A stretch of 60,640 nucleotides of DNA, the filler included. It is 5 parts of 5 records of this genome, joined end to end, with 100 filler letters (N's around TTAATTAATTAA, not from the genome) between each part and the next. Parts side by side here need not be neighbours in the genome. Positions count along the whole stretch, not along the records: positions 28,490 to 40,522 come from SRR31147125_20947; positions 40,623 to 60,640 come from SRR31147125_20995; 3 more parts are not named here. One strand, 5' to 3'. This document shows positions 30,723-41,360 of this stretch, one piece after another (position 1 is the first letter of the stretch; each line of letters opens with the position of its first letter). Below the pieces are notes generated by a model. The model saw only the letters and a program-made list of their open reading frames with translations. It was not told the origin of the DNA and did no database searches. The translations under genes were made by a program, and so were the position numbers.

Positions 30723-31590
30723 CTAAAACCAGGTTTCAGGTATATGAATTCTGTCTCCGGGCTTTAAGGGAAGATCGGGCAGATTTCCGTCTTTAATTTT
30801 TTCAAGGTTGATTTTGATGATCTTCTGTTTTTTTCCATCCAGCCGGATGACCCTGGCACGGGAAGGGGCCGCGTATTTATCAAAGCCTCCTGCCATGATG
30901 CAGGCGCTCAGGCGGTAAGACCGGGCTGATAATTGACCATCCCGGGTCTTTTTATTTCTCCTTCAAGGTAAACATTTGTTGAGGACTGGTTGAGTTTCGC
31001 TTTTAAAGGTATATATACCCTGTCTCCGGTTTCCAGAAGGATATTCCGGGACATATCCCCTTCATCGAGAAGCTTTGAAAGATTGATATTGATGGGACTG
31101 CCATTGTGGTGCCGGCCGTTTCTGAGGACGTAGGCAAAACTCCCCTTTCCGCTGTCACACCGCCTGCCTTTGCGATGAGATCCATGATTGTCGGGTGAAA
31201 ATCAAGTTCAAATTTGCCGGGCTCATCCACGGCCCCGGAAATGGTATAGCTCAGACTGTGGTATTCTTTCATGCGTATATGGACCTGGGGATCAACAAAA
31301 TAGTCTTTTTCCAGGGGAATATATATGTTGTGTTCCAGGTCTTTCAATGTTAAACCGGCCGCTTTAACCGTTCCGATAAAAGGGACCGGCACCTCCCCCC
31401 GGTTTGATATCACAAGCTCCGCCCGGGTTTGTTCCGCACCGCCTGCAAGAATGGTAAGGCTGATAATATCTCCGGGTCCAACTTTATAGACAGGCCTGTT
31501 TTTTGGGCTTCCAGATACGTGAACAGGAACCATCAGCAAGGCCAGGCAGATGAAGAAAAAGAGCAAACTTACCTGAATCTGATTTTTCAT
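30723..31590 (-). CDS. Wza-type polysaccharide export protein with SLBB domains, several frameshifts
   Basis: YKVGPGD, G.V.VPFIGTVKAAGLT, DPQV, GAVDEPG; a second SLBB (VYLEGEIKRPG...AGGFDKYA...LKPGDRIHIPETWF*) is read in shifted frames to TAG at 30723. Confidence 0.82.
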
Positions 31591-31593
31591 AGT

Positions 31594-32392
31594 CTATTTT
31601 GAACTCAGGTTGACGTTAATATTTATTCCAATAAATATGTATCTATTTTTATGGTCATTCTCTGACACGCTAGAATCATTGGTTTTAAATTCGAATTCAA
31701 TGCCAAGGGGAAAGCGTTCGCTGCCCAGGCAGTTCCACCTCGGCACTGAACCGTGTGGCAAGGTAATTTTTGTTGCCAAGAGCCGTATCATTATAATTGT
31801 GGCTCAGGGACAGAAAGAGGTGGGGCCGGGAGGCAGATAGAGAGGCGGACCATACAAAGCTTCCCGGATTTTTGTGTCCGTTCTCATTAAAATGCCTCTC
31901 CTGGTAACCGCTGTCAATTGTGAAATTGACGTATTTAAGATCCCTGGCAAGTACATATGCGTCTTTAATGCCGGTATTCAGCCGGTCGGTAATCTGGGTT
32001 TCGGCTGAAACCGCCAGATCATGGCCGATATAATCCTCATGGCTTATGTCTTTACCTGGGTGCGGGCCGCCTTTTTCATCATGCCGTTTGGACGTCAGTG
32101 AATAGTTCAGTACCAGGTCGGTTTTGGTAGTGGTATAACCGAGTTCAAGTTTCGGTTTCAGATAATAGGTTGTAACGGACCTTTTATTCTCCCTGGAAGA
32201 ATAATAATTGGTTTCATGAAAAATGCCGATGGCAAGGATTGGTTTGAGGATCATTCTCCCGGCGGCACCGGCAGTTCCCGCCATGAAAAAAAAGAGGATC
32301 AGAATTTGAAGGAAAAAGAATTTCAGAATTTGGAGAACAGAAATCATACCTTTAATATTCAGCTCATAATAATCCCTGATTAGGGAAGCCAT
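31594..32392 (-). CDS. Putative outer-membrane beta-barrel protein of the EPS locus, frameshifted near the C terminus
   Basis: Signal-peptide-like N terminus, alternating aromatic/polar strands, position at the head of wza-wzc; the C-terminal strand lies in ORF 31594-31791. Confidence 0.55.
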
Positions 32393-32612
32393 AATTATTT
32401 TAAAATTTGTTAAAAAAGCTTTTCGCGACTTTCTCCCTGCACGTAATTAAACTTAAATATACACCCTGTATTGTTATCCGGAACAATAAACAGCAACCTA
32501 TAGGTGGAAACATATATTTGTCAATCTTTTTTTACTAAGTTTTATGTCAACAATACGGGATAAAAAATCATGAATCATTCGAGACCGTTGGAGATACGAG
32601 CTTAAGCCTTTA

Positions 32613-32666
32613 TCATGCAAATTAAGGGGGATAAACCATGGGTTTATCCCCCCGTAATTTGCATGA
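32613..32666. repeat. 54-bp near-perfect palindrome
   Basis: TCATGCAAATTA-A-GGGGGATAAACC-ATG-GGTTTATCCCCCC-G-TAATTTGCATGA. Confidence 0.85.
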
Positions 32667-32768
32667 ACGGTATGTCAAACGGCATAGATCCGCGATTTTT
32701 ACAGCTATTGAACAGGGTCTCCGTCAGGTTCGGTTTAAGCGTAACTGCTTCCCAAGGGCCTTTGGTCT

Positions 32769-34748
32769 CTATATTTTGAAGACATTCATAAGATCTTTCA
32801 ACCTTCGGGCAAGATCGGCCACCTCTTCGGCATGAATTTTCATCTGGGTGCCGCTGCCGGCAAGCTGTGCCATAGACTGATTGGTTGCCTCAATCTCCCG
32901 GCTGATGGTAACCATGGAAGCGGCGCTTTGGTTGACATTGCTGCTGACTTCATTAGCCCCTTCCGACAATTGTGAAATGTTTCCGGATATTTCCTCGGTT
33001 GTTGCCGTCTGCTCCTCAATGGCGGCGGCAATGGATGAAATAAGCCCGTTGCATTGCGTGATCACAGAAGCCACCTCTTTGATTTTCACGGCTGATTCCG
33101 TGGTGTCATTCTGTATGTCATGAATTTTTGTGTTGATATCCTGAGCCGCGATGGTTGTCTGGGTGGCAAGCGCTTTAATCTCATTTGCCACAACGGCAAA
33201 TCCCTTGCCGGCTTCCCCTGCCCGGGCCGCTTCTATGGTCGCATTGAGAGCCAACAGGTTTGTCTGTTCGGAAATTTCAGCAATGGTATCGGTCACCTTT
33301 CCGATTTCCCGGGCAGAGGCCCCCAAGACCTCCATGCGGGATGAGGTCTCCCTGGATTCGGAAACGGCATTGTCTGAAATCTGTCGTGCCGAGGCTGTAT
33401 CCCGGCTGATTTCATTGATGGTGGCGGTCATCTCTTTTACCGCGCTTGCAATCATGGAGATATTGGCATTGGACTGCTCTATGGCTGAGGCCACGGATTC
33501 CATGCTCTGGTTCACCTCTTCTGCGGAGGATGCCACCGTGGATGTCCTGGTGCATGTGGATTCAGTTTCAACGGCCACCTCTCTGGTAAAATCACGCATG
33601 GTTCCTGAAGATTCCCTGACTTGCTCACTATGCGCTGTTACATCTGATAATATTTGGGTCAGCTTATCCAAAAAGGTATTAAAGGAAACACCCAGTTGTC
33701 CCATTTCATCACGGGTGGTTACATTGATCCGCCGGGTTAATTCTCCCCGGGAAATATCCTCCAGTGCCAGAACCGTCTCATTAACGGGGTTTAGTATCCT
33801 GTTGATCAAAACCGTCATGATAAATACCAGGACAACAATAAATATGAGGCTCATGAAAAAGTTGACGGTTTGAATCCTGCCGAGTCCTTTCCCCAACTCC
33901 TGTCTGGGAATCTCAAATACAATTTTCCAGCCAGACGAGGGGATCGTCCTGAATACCACCAGTTTTTCAATGCCTTGGTTATCTGTGTATTCCAGGATGC
34001 CGTCAATGTCCGCAAGCAGCGGCCGGGAGATCGTTTTTTGGAAGCCGCCGTCAGGGAACCGGGTGATATTTTTAACCTCGGCAACATACCTGTTCATGGG
34101 ATGGGCCAGGATGTCACCGGTTTGAGAAATCAGGTAGGCCACACTGGTTTCACTGAGCTTTGTGCTGCGCAACTGCTTTGAAAGGGCTGAAAGGTTGATG
34201 CCCGCACCTGCAACACCAATGGGATTGTCAACAGGACCCACCAGGATGTTGATATAGGCCATCAAATCTTGTGTCTCCTGGGCCCCGTCTATATTGATGG
34301 AGAGTTTTTGCCCGCTTTTTAGCGCATTGAAAAACCAGCTGTCCTTTGGATCCTCGGGATCTATTGTTTTTAAGCGTCCCTTACTGGTGTAGTAGTTGTT
34401 TGAAAAGGCCGAGACAAGAAAGACAAAATCCATGCCACTTTTTTTGACCTCTTTTAAGAATGCCATTGCATTATTCATTCCGGAAGCATTCTCTCCCCCG
34501 TGAATCCATTGGATGATATGGGGGGTATCCGACAGCAGCGTACCAATACTGACAGCTTTTGCCATCTTTTTATCAAAGGTTTCGGCAATATAATTGACAC
34601 TGGCCGGTGCTTCACGTGTCATGATTCTGTTGTAGATGATGTTAAAGGATATTCGGGAACTGATGAAACCGGATACAAACATCATGATGAGTACAAATAG
34701 TGTGACGCAGGTCAGGAGCTTTTTTTTGATGGTTAAATTTTTAAACAC
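32769..34748 (-). CDS. Methyl-accepting chemotaxis protein (TM-dCache-TM-HAMP-MA)
   Basis: [40 protein letters not shown] signalling motif; DEMGQL HAMP; periplasmic Cache-like region. Confidence 0.95.
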   Translation of the reverse strand: MFKNLTIKKKLLTCVTLFVLIMMFVSGFISSRISFNIIYNRIMTREAPASVNYIAETFDKKMAKAVSIGTLLSDTPHIIQWIHGGENASGMNNAMAFLKEVKKSGMDFVFLVSAFSNNYYTSKGRLKTIDPEDPKDSWFFNALKSGQKLSINIDGAQETQDLMAYINILVGPVDNPIGVAGAGINLSALSKQLRSTKLSETSVAYLISQTGDILAHPMNRYVAEVKNITRFPDGGFQKTISRPLLADIDGILEYTDNQGIEKLVVFRTIPSSGWKIVFEIPRQELGKGLGRIQTVNFFMSLIFIVVLVFIMTVLINRILNPVNETVLALEDISRGELTRRINVTTRDEMGQLGVSFNTFLDKLTQILSDVTAHSEQVRESSGTMRDFTREVAVETESTCTRTSTVASSAEEVNQSMESVASAIEQSNANISMIASAVKEMTATINEISRDTASARQISDNAVSESRETSSRMEVLGASAREIGKVTDTIAEISEQTNLLALNATIEAARAGEAGKGFAVVANEIKALATQTTIAAQDINTKIHDIQNDTTESAVKIKEVASVITQCNGLISSIAAAIEEQTATTEEISGNISQLSEGANEVSSNVNQSAASMVTISREIEATNQSMAQLAGSGTQMKIHAEEVADLARRLKDLMNVFKI

Positions 34749-35127
34749 GTTTTTATCCTTTTATAAATCTTGAACGAAACTTGACTTACCGCTTCCCCCT
34801 GCCCTTGGTTCCCACAGACAGCATGGGGCGTGGAATCTATCAAGGACAGGCCCGGGGGACCCACTCTGCCGGCATGCTTGACAGATTCGGCACTCTGCAA
34901 ATCATCCGCAACGGCATGGGGCGCGCACCGTTTATCAGGCTCTGGAAACTGGTGCTGTCGTTTACACTGGTGTCTTTATTTTTTCAAGCTAAAATCCGCA
35001 AGGGTCATTGGGCCGGACATGCCGCTGTTTCCGGCGATACGGGTCTTCATAACTTTGCCTTTCTTTATAAAATATTAAGTGATATTTATTAGTTATCTTC
35101 AGGCTTCGGGCAATAAGGAGTATTAGA

Positions 35128-36714
35128 ATGAATAAAGAAACCCAGATCCTTGGAAACAGCCTAAAAAATTCACATTTCCTGTCCGATGCAATTGCCTTAT
35201 CCATTAAGATGGCCATTGTCGGCGGTGGGGAAAACTGCAAGTTTGTTTTGGAACTTCTACGCAACGATCCCTTTCCCTTTTTGGATATTCAGATACTGGC
35301 AGTTTACGACAAGAGCCCGGATGCACAAGGCATTGGCCTTGCAAAAAAAATGGGGATATTTACAACAGATAACCTCCATGATCTGTTTAAGGTTGAAGGT
35401 CTGGACAGCATCCTTGAACTCACCGGCAGCAGAGACATCCTTCTTGAGATCATTCGCCTGAGGCCCAAAGGGGTCGGTGTGTTGGAATACAATATAGGCA
35501 GAATCCTGCAGAAGCTGTTTGATATGAATCAATGTTTGAAAACAGCACATCAGGACCTGAAAGCAACCGAAAAAGAACTTATAGCAGAAAAAACATTTTC
35601 CTCTTTCCTGATTCAGCAGAGTACGGCAGCAATTGTAATCATGAATCCGGATTTTACGATAATTGACGTAAATAAAGCCTATCTGAAAGCGGTGAATAAA
35701 CCAAAGGAAGAGGTGGTTGGAAAACCGTGTTATGAAATTTCCCATGGGGTGAATGTCCCGTGCTCAAGTGCTTTCCCCGGGGTTAAATGCCCCATGATAG
35801 AAACATTGAGAACCGGGAAAAATGTTCATGTGATTCACGATCACCAGGGGCCCGGGGGCAGGCCCATGTATTGCAACCTGACCACCTATCCCATAAAAAA
35901 TGATGACGGTGAAATTATACAGATTATCGAATTCTGGCGCGATGTATCAGATGAGTTTATAAACCGCTGGGATAAACAGGTCCGGGAAATGAAATCCGAT
36001 ATCCAGAAACTGGTCCAGGAGGATAGAATGATTTCTTTGGGAAAACTTGCGGCCAGTTGCGCTCACGAGATCAATAATCCCATTCAGGGGTTATTGACCT
36101 TTAGTCATTATATGCTGGATATCTTAAATGAAGGTGAATCAAGCCCTGATAGACTGGATGAATTCAAAGGTCACCTTTCTCTGATGTCAACGGAATTGGA
36201 GAGATGCGGGAATATTGTTTCCGGTCTGCTTTCATTTTCACGGGAGTCCAGTATTGAATACAAGCAGATCGACCTGAATGAGGTTATCAATTCCGTCCTT
36301 TCCCTGACCCGCCATAAAATGGAGCTGGGAAATATCCGCCTGACAACAGGATTGGCTTCTGAACCATTGATACTCAACGGCGATCTCAACCAGCTGCAGC
36401 AGTGTTTTCTCAATCTGATTTTTAACGCCATCGAATCAATGCCAGACAAGGGAGAGTTGACCATTATATCCGAACAGGATGAGGACGGGAAATCTGCCAA
36501 AGTGGAAATTCGCGATACAGGATACGGAATATCCGAAGAGAGCCGGGATAATCTGTTTGACCCTTTTTTTACGACCAAGGACGTGGGAGAAGGGACCGGT
36601 TTAGGATTGTCCATTGTTTACGGTGTTGTTAAAAACCATAAAGGGAAAATACGAATTGACAGTAAGGTTGGAGAAGGGACTGCATTCATCCTGAGATTTC
36701 CCATGCTGATTTAG
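35128..36714 (+). CDS. Cytoplasmic PAS histidine kinase (NtrB-like) with an N-terminal Rossmann-like domain
   Basis: AIVGGG at the N terminus, PAS with GKPCYE...C...CP, AHEINNP H-box, NLIFNA, DTGYGI, FDPFFTTK, GTGLGL. Confidence 0.92.
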   Translation: MNKETQILGNSLKNSHFLSDAIALSIKMAIVGGGENCKFVLELLRNDPFPFLDIQILAVYDKSPDAQGIGLAKKMGIFTTDNLHDLFKVEGLDSILELTGSRDILLEIIRLRPKGVGVLEYNIGRILQKLFDMNQCLKTAHQDLKATEKELIAEKTFSSFLIQQSTAAIVIMNPDFTIIDVNKAYLKAVNKPKEEVVGKPCYEISHGVNVPCSSAFPGVKCPMIETLRTGKNVHVIHDHQGPGGRPMYCNLTTYPIKNDDGEIIQIIEFWRDVSDEFINRWDKQVREMKSDIQKLVQEDRMISLGKLAASCAHEINNPIQGLLTFSHYMLDILNEGESSPDRLDEFKGHLSLMSTELERCGNIVSGLLSFSRESSIEYKQIDLNEVINSVLSLTRHKMELGNIRLTTGLASEPLILNGDLNQLQQCFLNLIFNAIESMPDKGELTIISEQDEDGKSAKVEIRDTGYGISEESRDNLFDPFFTTKDVGEGTGLGLSIVYGVVKNHKGKIRIDSKVGEGTAFILRFPMLI

Positions 36715-36753
36715 CGTCTGTATCATTTAACACCAGTATAATGGAATGAGACC

Positions 36754-38100
36754 ATGGATAAAAACCTGAGAATCATGATCGTAGATGATGAATTAATCGT
36801 CCGGGAATCCCTTGTGCGTTGGTTTGGAAAATATGGGTATATAGTGGAAAGTGCATCTTCCGGCGCAGAGGCACTTGGAAAACTTGAAAAACAACCGTTT
36901 CAGCTTTTATTTGTGGATATCAAGATGCCCGGGATGGACGGGTTGGAATTGCTGGAGAAAGTAAAGGATGAATACCCGGATACCATGGTCGTCATAATAA
37001 CGGCCTACGGATCCATTGAATCTGCGGTGAAAGCCATGCGGATCGGGGCCAGCGATTATCTGTTAAAACCCTTTAAACCCGACCAGCTCTCATTGGCAAT
37101 GGAAAGGGTTTTGTCCCAGAGAAAGCTGACATCCGAGTATCAGTATCTCAAAGACCATCTGGAAAAGATGACCCGGTTTGATAATATTATCGGCCAGTCC
37201 CCTCCCATGGAGGCTGTTTTTGAATTAATCCCGGAAGTGGCCGTCAGTGATGCATCTGTCCTGCTGACCGGAGAAACCGGCACAGGCAAGGAACTGGTTG
37301 CAAAAGCCATACATGCCAAAAGCCCCCGTGCCCATCTGCCCTTTATTGCCATCAATTGCGGCGCCATACCCGATACCCTGCTGGAGAGCGAACTTTTTGG
37401 GCATCAAAAAGGGGCGTTTACCGGGGCCATGAATGCCAGAAAGGGCTTTTTGGAAGTGGTTTCAGGCGGAAGCCTCTTTCTGGATGAAATCGGAGAGATC
37501 AGTCCTAAAATGCAGGTTGACCTTCTCAGGGTCTTGGAAGAAAAAAAGATAACCGCTATCGGATGCCGAAAGCCCGTTGATGTGGATTTTCGTCTTATTT
37601 CCGCAACCAGCCGGGATCTGGAGGATCGAATTGCGCACAACGCTTTCAGGGAGGATTTTTATTACCGCATCAACGTCATCCGGATTGATATCCCCCCTTT
37701 AAGGGATCGAAAAGAGGATATTCCCCTTTTAGTCGACCATTTCCTGGATAAATACAGTCATGAAACAACCAAACAGGTTGATCGTATTAAACCGGATGCT
37801 GTCAGACTGATGAAAAACTATGACTGGCCCGGGAATGTGCGGGAACTTGAAAATGCCGTTGAAAGAGCTGTTGTCCTGAGCAAATCCCGGACCCTTGGTG
37901 CTGAAGACTTTTCTTTTCTTCGGCCCTCCCAGATACCGGATTCAAGGTCTCTCTCTCTCAAAGAGGTGCAAAAGGCACATATTCTGCGGGTTTTGGAAGC
38001 ACATGATTGGAATATCACCCATTCTGCCAGACTTCTGGGAATCAACCGGGTTACATTGCATAAGATGATTAAGCGGGACAATTTAAAAAAAGACCATTGA
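36754..38100 (+). CDS. Sigma-54-dependent response regulator (NtrC/AtoC family)
   Basis: Receiver VDDE...DIKMPGMDG; GETGTGKE, GAFTGA, LFLDEIG, WPGNVRELEN; Fis-type HTH. Confidence 0.96.
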   Translation: MDKNLRIMIVDDELIVRESLVRWFGKYGYIVESASSGAEALGKLEKQPFQLLFVDIKMPGMDGLELLEKVKDEYPDTMVVIITAYGSIESAVKAMRIGASDYLLKPFKPDQLSLAMERVLSQRKLTSEYQYLKDHLEKMTRFDNIIGQSPPMEAVFELIPEVAVSDASVLLTGETGTGKELVAKAIHAKSPRAHLPFIAINCGAIPDTLLESELFGHQKGAFTGAMNARKGFLEVVSGGSLFLDEIGEISPKMQVDLLRVLEEKKITAIGCRKPVDVDFRLISATSRDLEDRIAHNAFREDFYYRINVIRIDIPPLRDRKEDIPLLVDHFLDKYSHETTKQVDRIKPDAVRLMKNYDWPGNVRELENAVERAVVLSKSRTLGAEDFSFLRPSQIPDSRSLSLKEVQKAHILRVLEAHDWNITHSARLLGINRVTLHKMIKRDNLKKDH

Positions 38101-38125
38101 ATATCTGCCGGGGTACCTCTGTTTT

Positions 38126-38662
38126 ATGAAAACGACACAACGATGTATCTGCGTGCTGCCTTTGGGTGCGGTTCCGGACCTTGCATTAAAAATCATAGCG
38201 GCCAATATTACCGCGCATTTAAAGTTGGAAACCAAGCGCCTTGCTGCCCTCAATATCCCTGATTTTGCCCTGGATAAAAGACGTTTTCAGTATGATGCCG
38301 GTCTCATACTAAAGGCACTTGAACGGATGCATTTTAAAGATTGCGAGAAAGTCGTGGGTGTATTGAATCAGGATCTTTTTGTCCCCATTTTTTCCCATGT
38401 GTACGGAGAGGCAAGACAGGGATCGAAATTTGCCCTGGTCTCCCTGTTCCGGCTGGATAAAAATCCGGACGGCTCTTATCCTTCCAAGCCTCTGTATTAT
38501 GAAAGGGCGGCCAAGGTCGCCCTTCATGAGCTTGGACATCTGTTTAATCTGTTTCACTGCGACAATAAAAACTGCCTGATGCATTTTTCAGGTGATATTC
38601 TGGATCTGGATAAAACCCCTTTATATCTTTGCAGGTATTGTTCGGCGTTTTTGGGAAAATAA
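38126..38662 (+). CDS. Archaemetzincin-family (M54) Zn metalloprotease
   Basis: HELGHLFNLFHC...CLM...CRYC (HExxHxxxxxHCx4CxM..CxxC). Confidence 0.9.
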   Translation: MKTTQRCICVLPLGAVPDLALKIIAANITAHLKLETKRLAALNIPDFALDKRRFQYDAGLILKALERMHFKDCEKVVGVLNQDLFVPIFSHVYGEARQGSKFALVSLFRLDKNPDGSYPSKPLYYERAAKVALHELGHLFNLFHCDNKNCLMHFSGDILDLDKTPLYLCRYCSAFLGK

Positions 38663-38673
38663 CCGTCCCGGGA

Positions 38674-39582
38674 TCAGAGTTGTTCTGTTTTAAGGAAGGT
38701 TTGTGCCAATACATCCCACTCTATCTGGGGAAATTGTCCGTATACATCGCTGACCGGTTGCCCACCGGTTGCTGAAAGTTTTTCATATTCCGGCCCCATA
38801 AGTTTGAGCAGTTTTTGGGTTTCCTGGTCTGTCCAGCGGATACTTTTTTTGCCATAATAGAGGCCCTTGAGGTTTCTTTTGGGCATATCCGGTTCAAGTA
38901 TGTACAGCCATCCTTCATGGTACGGGTCTTCATGGGTGATCTGTGGATGCTCCCGTGCCCTGTGATTTGTCGCCAATACTGTCCCGGTGATAGGGGAGAG
39001 GACAGCGGCTTTTTGGCCGCCCCGGCCAAAGGTCAACCCGACCTGGTCTTTTTTCAAAGAAACCCCGAGCGGCGGCAGGGCAAGATCGTCACTGGGGCCG
39101 AACAGCTTGACCATAAAATCATCAAATCCCACCTTGATTCTGCCCCCATGTTCAAATCGCGCCCAGGTGTGCCCCATATGATAGTAATATCCGTCAGCCA
39201 GGCGATAACCGGATGCCAGATTGTATTTTGGGGGGTATTGAGCTCGGTCAGATCCATTTCATCCAGCATCTGATCGAATGTGCAGTGATAGCATTCATAA
39301 TCCAGGGTGCAGATTTTGGGGGCATCAATACGGCCTGTCAATGCATGGCGGCACGGCCGTGAAGCACCCTGGTACCGGGCTTTGAGTTGATCCGCCCATG
39401 TTGAGATTTTTGAATGATTCGACCGACCGGCCTGCATGCTTCGCTGCATCCCCTTGTCAAATGCACAATTCTGGCAGTCATACGCATTATCGCAGAGCCG
39501 GAAATTAACAATGCCGGCCTTCATCCAGATGCATTTGTCTTCCATCACCTGGAAGCCTTTCACCCTCTTTTTTAGATTTCAT
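38674..39582 (-). CDS. GcvH-like protein with two N-terminal 4-Cys modules; apparent indels at 39568-39573 and 39230-39235
   Basis: ORF 39054-39563 (two Cys modules) continues into YYYHMGHTWA...VGFDDF...SPITGTV...N...DPY.EGW (GcvH fold) in ORF 38674-39177; ATG 39582 with AGGAAG upstream. Confidence 0.78.
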
Positions 39583-39610
39583 GGTATCTTCCTTTTTTTG
39601 CGTGTTTATC

Positions 39611-39805
39611 TCACAGGTGTGAAGCATCAAGGATCTGGTCATATTCACAATGATAGCATTCATAATTGAGTAAACAGAGTTTCGGCGCATTAACGATTCC
39701 CGTTAGGACATGGAGGCAGAGCCTTGATGAACCTTGTGTCTGTTTTTTTAATGTTTCGATCGATTTGCAGTCTTTTTTTCGAAAGGTTTTTTTATTTGAT
39801 TTCAT
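39611..39805 (-). CDS. Small 64-aa protein with one copy of the same 4-Cys module
   Basis: AGGAGG RBS before ATG 39805; MKSNKK...CLHVLTGIVNAPKLCLLNYECYHCEYDQILD. Confidence 0.75.
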   Translation of the reverse strand: MKSNKKTFRKKDCKSIETLKKQTQGSSRLCLHVLTGIVNAPKLCLLNYECYHCEYDQILDASHL

Positions 39806-39851
39806 TTGAATATCCTCCTTTCTTGTAAATAGGGGGTCTGTATCAAAGCTT

Positions 39852-39868
39852 TGCAACAGGGATACCAA
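39852..39868 (-). promoter_or_regulatory. Sigma-54 (-24/-12) promoter
   Basis: Minus strand TTGGTATCCCTGTTGCA, GG-N10-GC with TTGC, about 47 nt upstream of ATG 39805. Confidence 0.75.
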
Positions 39869-40052
39869 TGGTGAAAGTATTGTTTTCTATAAGCGTATCC
39901 CGCTGAAATAAAAGGGATTGCCGCGGATTTGATTTGAAAATAATACTAAGGATTGAAGGGGGGCTGAATACATATGATTAAAAAGGCGACAGGTAATGGG
40001 AATAATATAGATGAAAGGATGAATGTGGTTTTAATTTCAGCGGGTTATAAAC

Positions 40053-40091
40053 TGTAGCCTATGGATACAGCGATTGTTGCTATTTTTTACA
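40053..40091. promoter_or_regulatory. Tandem upstream activator sites TGT-N11-ACA for a sigma-54 enhancer-binding protein
   Basis: TGTAGCCTATGGATACA (40053-40069) and TGTTGCTATTTTTTACA (40075-40091), 22 bp apart, about 190-220 bp upstream of the sigma-54 promoter. Confidence 0.6.
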
Positions 40092-40315
40092 CTGTCCAAG
40101 GGCAGGGCATAAATTACCCGTTTTAACCTGGCGCGTTTTTTCCTTGCTTTATGGATCTCATTAATATTATTAAGAATCCTGTCCCGGTCCTGGATTGGTC
40201 CTGGATTGGCCCGGGGCCTGCCGTCAAATTTCAGATGTCAGTGCATACCGGGTTCTTCCCGGGTCCGGGGAACCCTACTTTTGTTCAACGCCTAAGTTTA
40301 ATGAGGAGCCAAGGT

Positions 40316-40522
40316 TTGGGTAAGAGATATTTCGAGGATATTGTTGAAGGGGAACCTCTTTGCTGCAGGCCTGTGGAAATGACAAGGGAGCGGATTCTAT
40401 CTTTTGGAAAAGAATTTGATCCCCAGCCTTTCCATATTAGCGAGGAATTGGCACGGGAATCGATATTCGGAGGATTGATTGCCTCTTCCCTGCATACCTT
40501 ATCTGCCTGTACAAAGGTTGTG
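40316..40522 (+). CDS. MaoC/NodN-like dehydratase, 3' truncated
   Basis: RYFED...I.SF.KEFDPQPFH..E..A..S.FGGLIAS.LHT; probable TTG start after AGGAG. Confidence 0.85.
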
Positions 40523-40622
40523 NNNNNNNNNNNNNNNNNNNNNNNNNNNNNNNNNNNNNNNNNNNNTTAATTAATTAANNNNNNNNNNNNNNNNNNNNNN
40601 NNNNNNNNNNNNNNNNNNNNNN
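40523..40622. other. Artificial contig spacer
   Basis: N44-TTAATTAATTAA-N44. Confidence 0.99.
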
Positions 40623-41287
<665 letters not shown>

Positions 41288-41360
41288 TTAGGAATCTCCC
41301 AAAACCAATATTTCATCAATTTCAATTTTAATAATTTTTTATTTCAATACACTTGTATTG

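Noticed and set aside
28490-32392. Phase variation or pseudogenisation of the EPS locus
   Set aside because: Indels of the same kind occur in unrelated contigs and in atpD, so sequencing error is more parsimonious; cannot be fully excluded without reads.
34750-35127. Possible riboswitch or small ORFs between the MCP and kinase genes
   Set aside because: GC-rich with small hairpins, but I could not match c-di-GMP or other riboswitch consensus motifs, and the ORFs have no recognisable features. An Rfam scan would settle it.
40129-40147. TGGCGCG...TTGC as a sigma-54 promoter for the MaoC gene
   Set aside because: The GG-to-GC spacing is not 10 nt.
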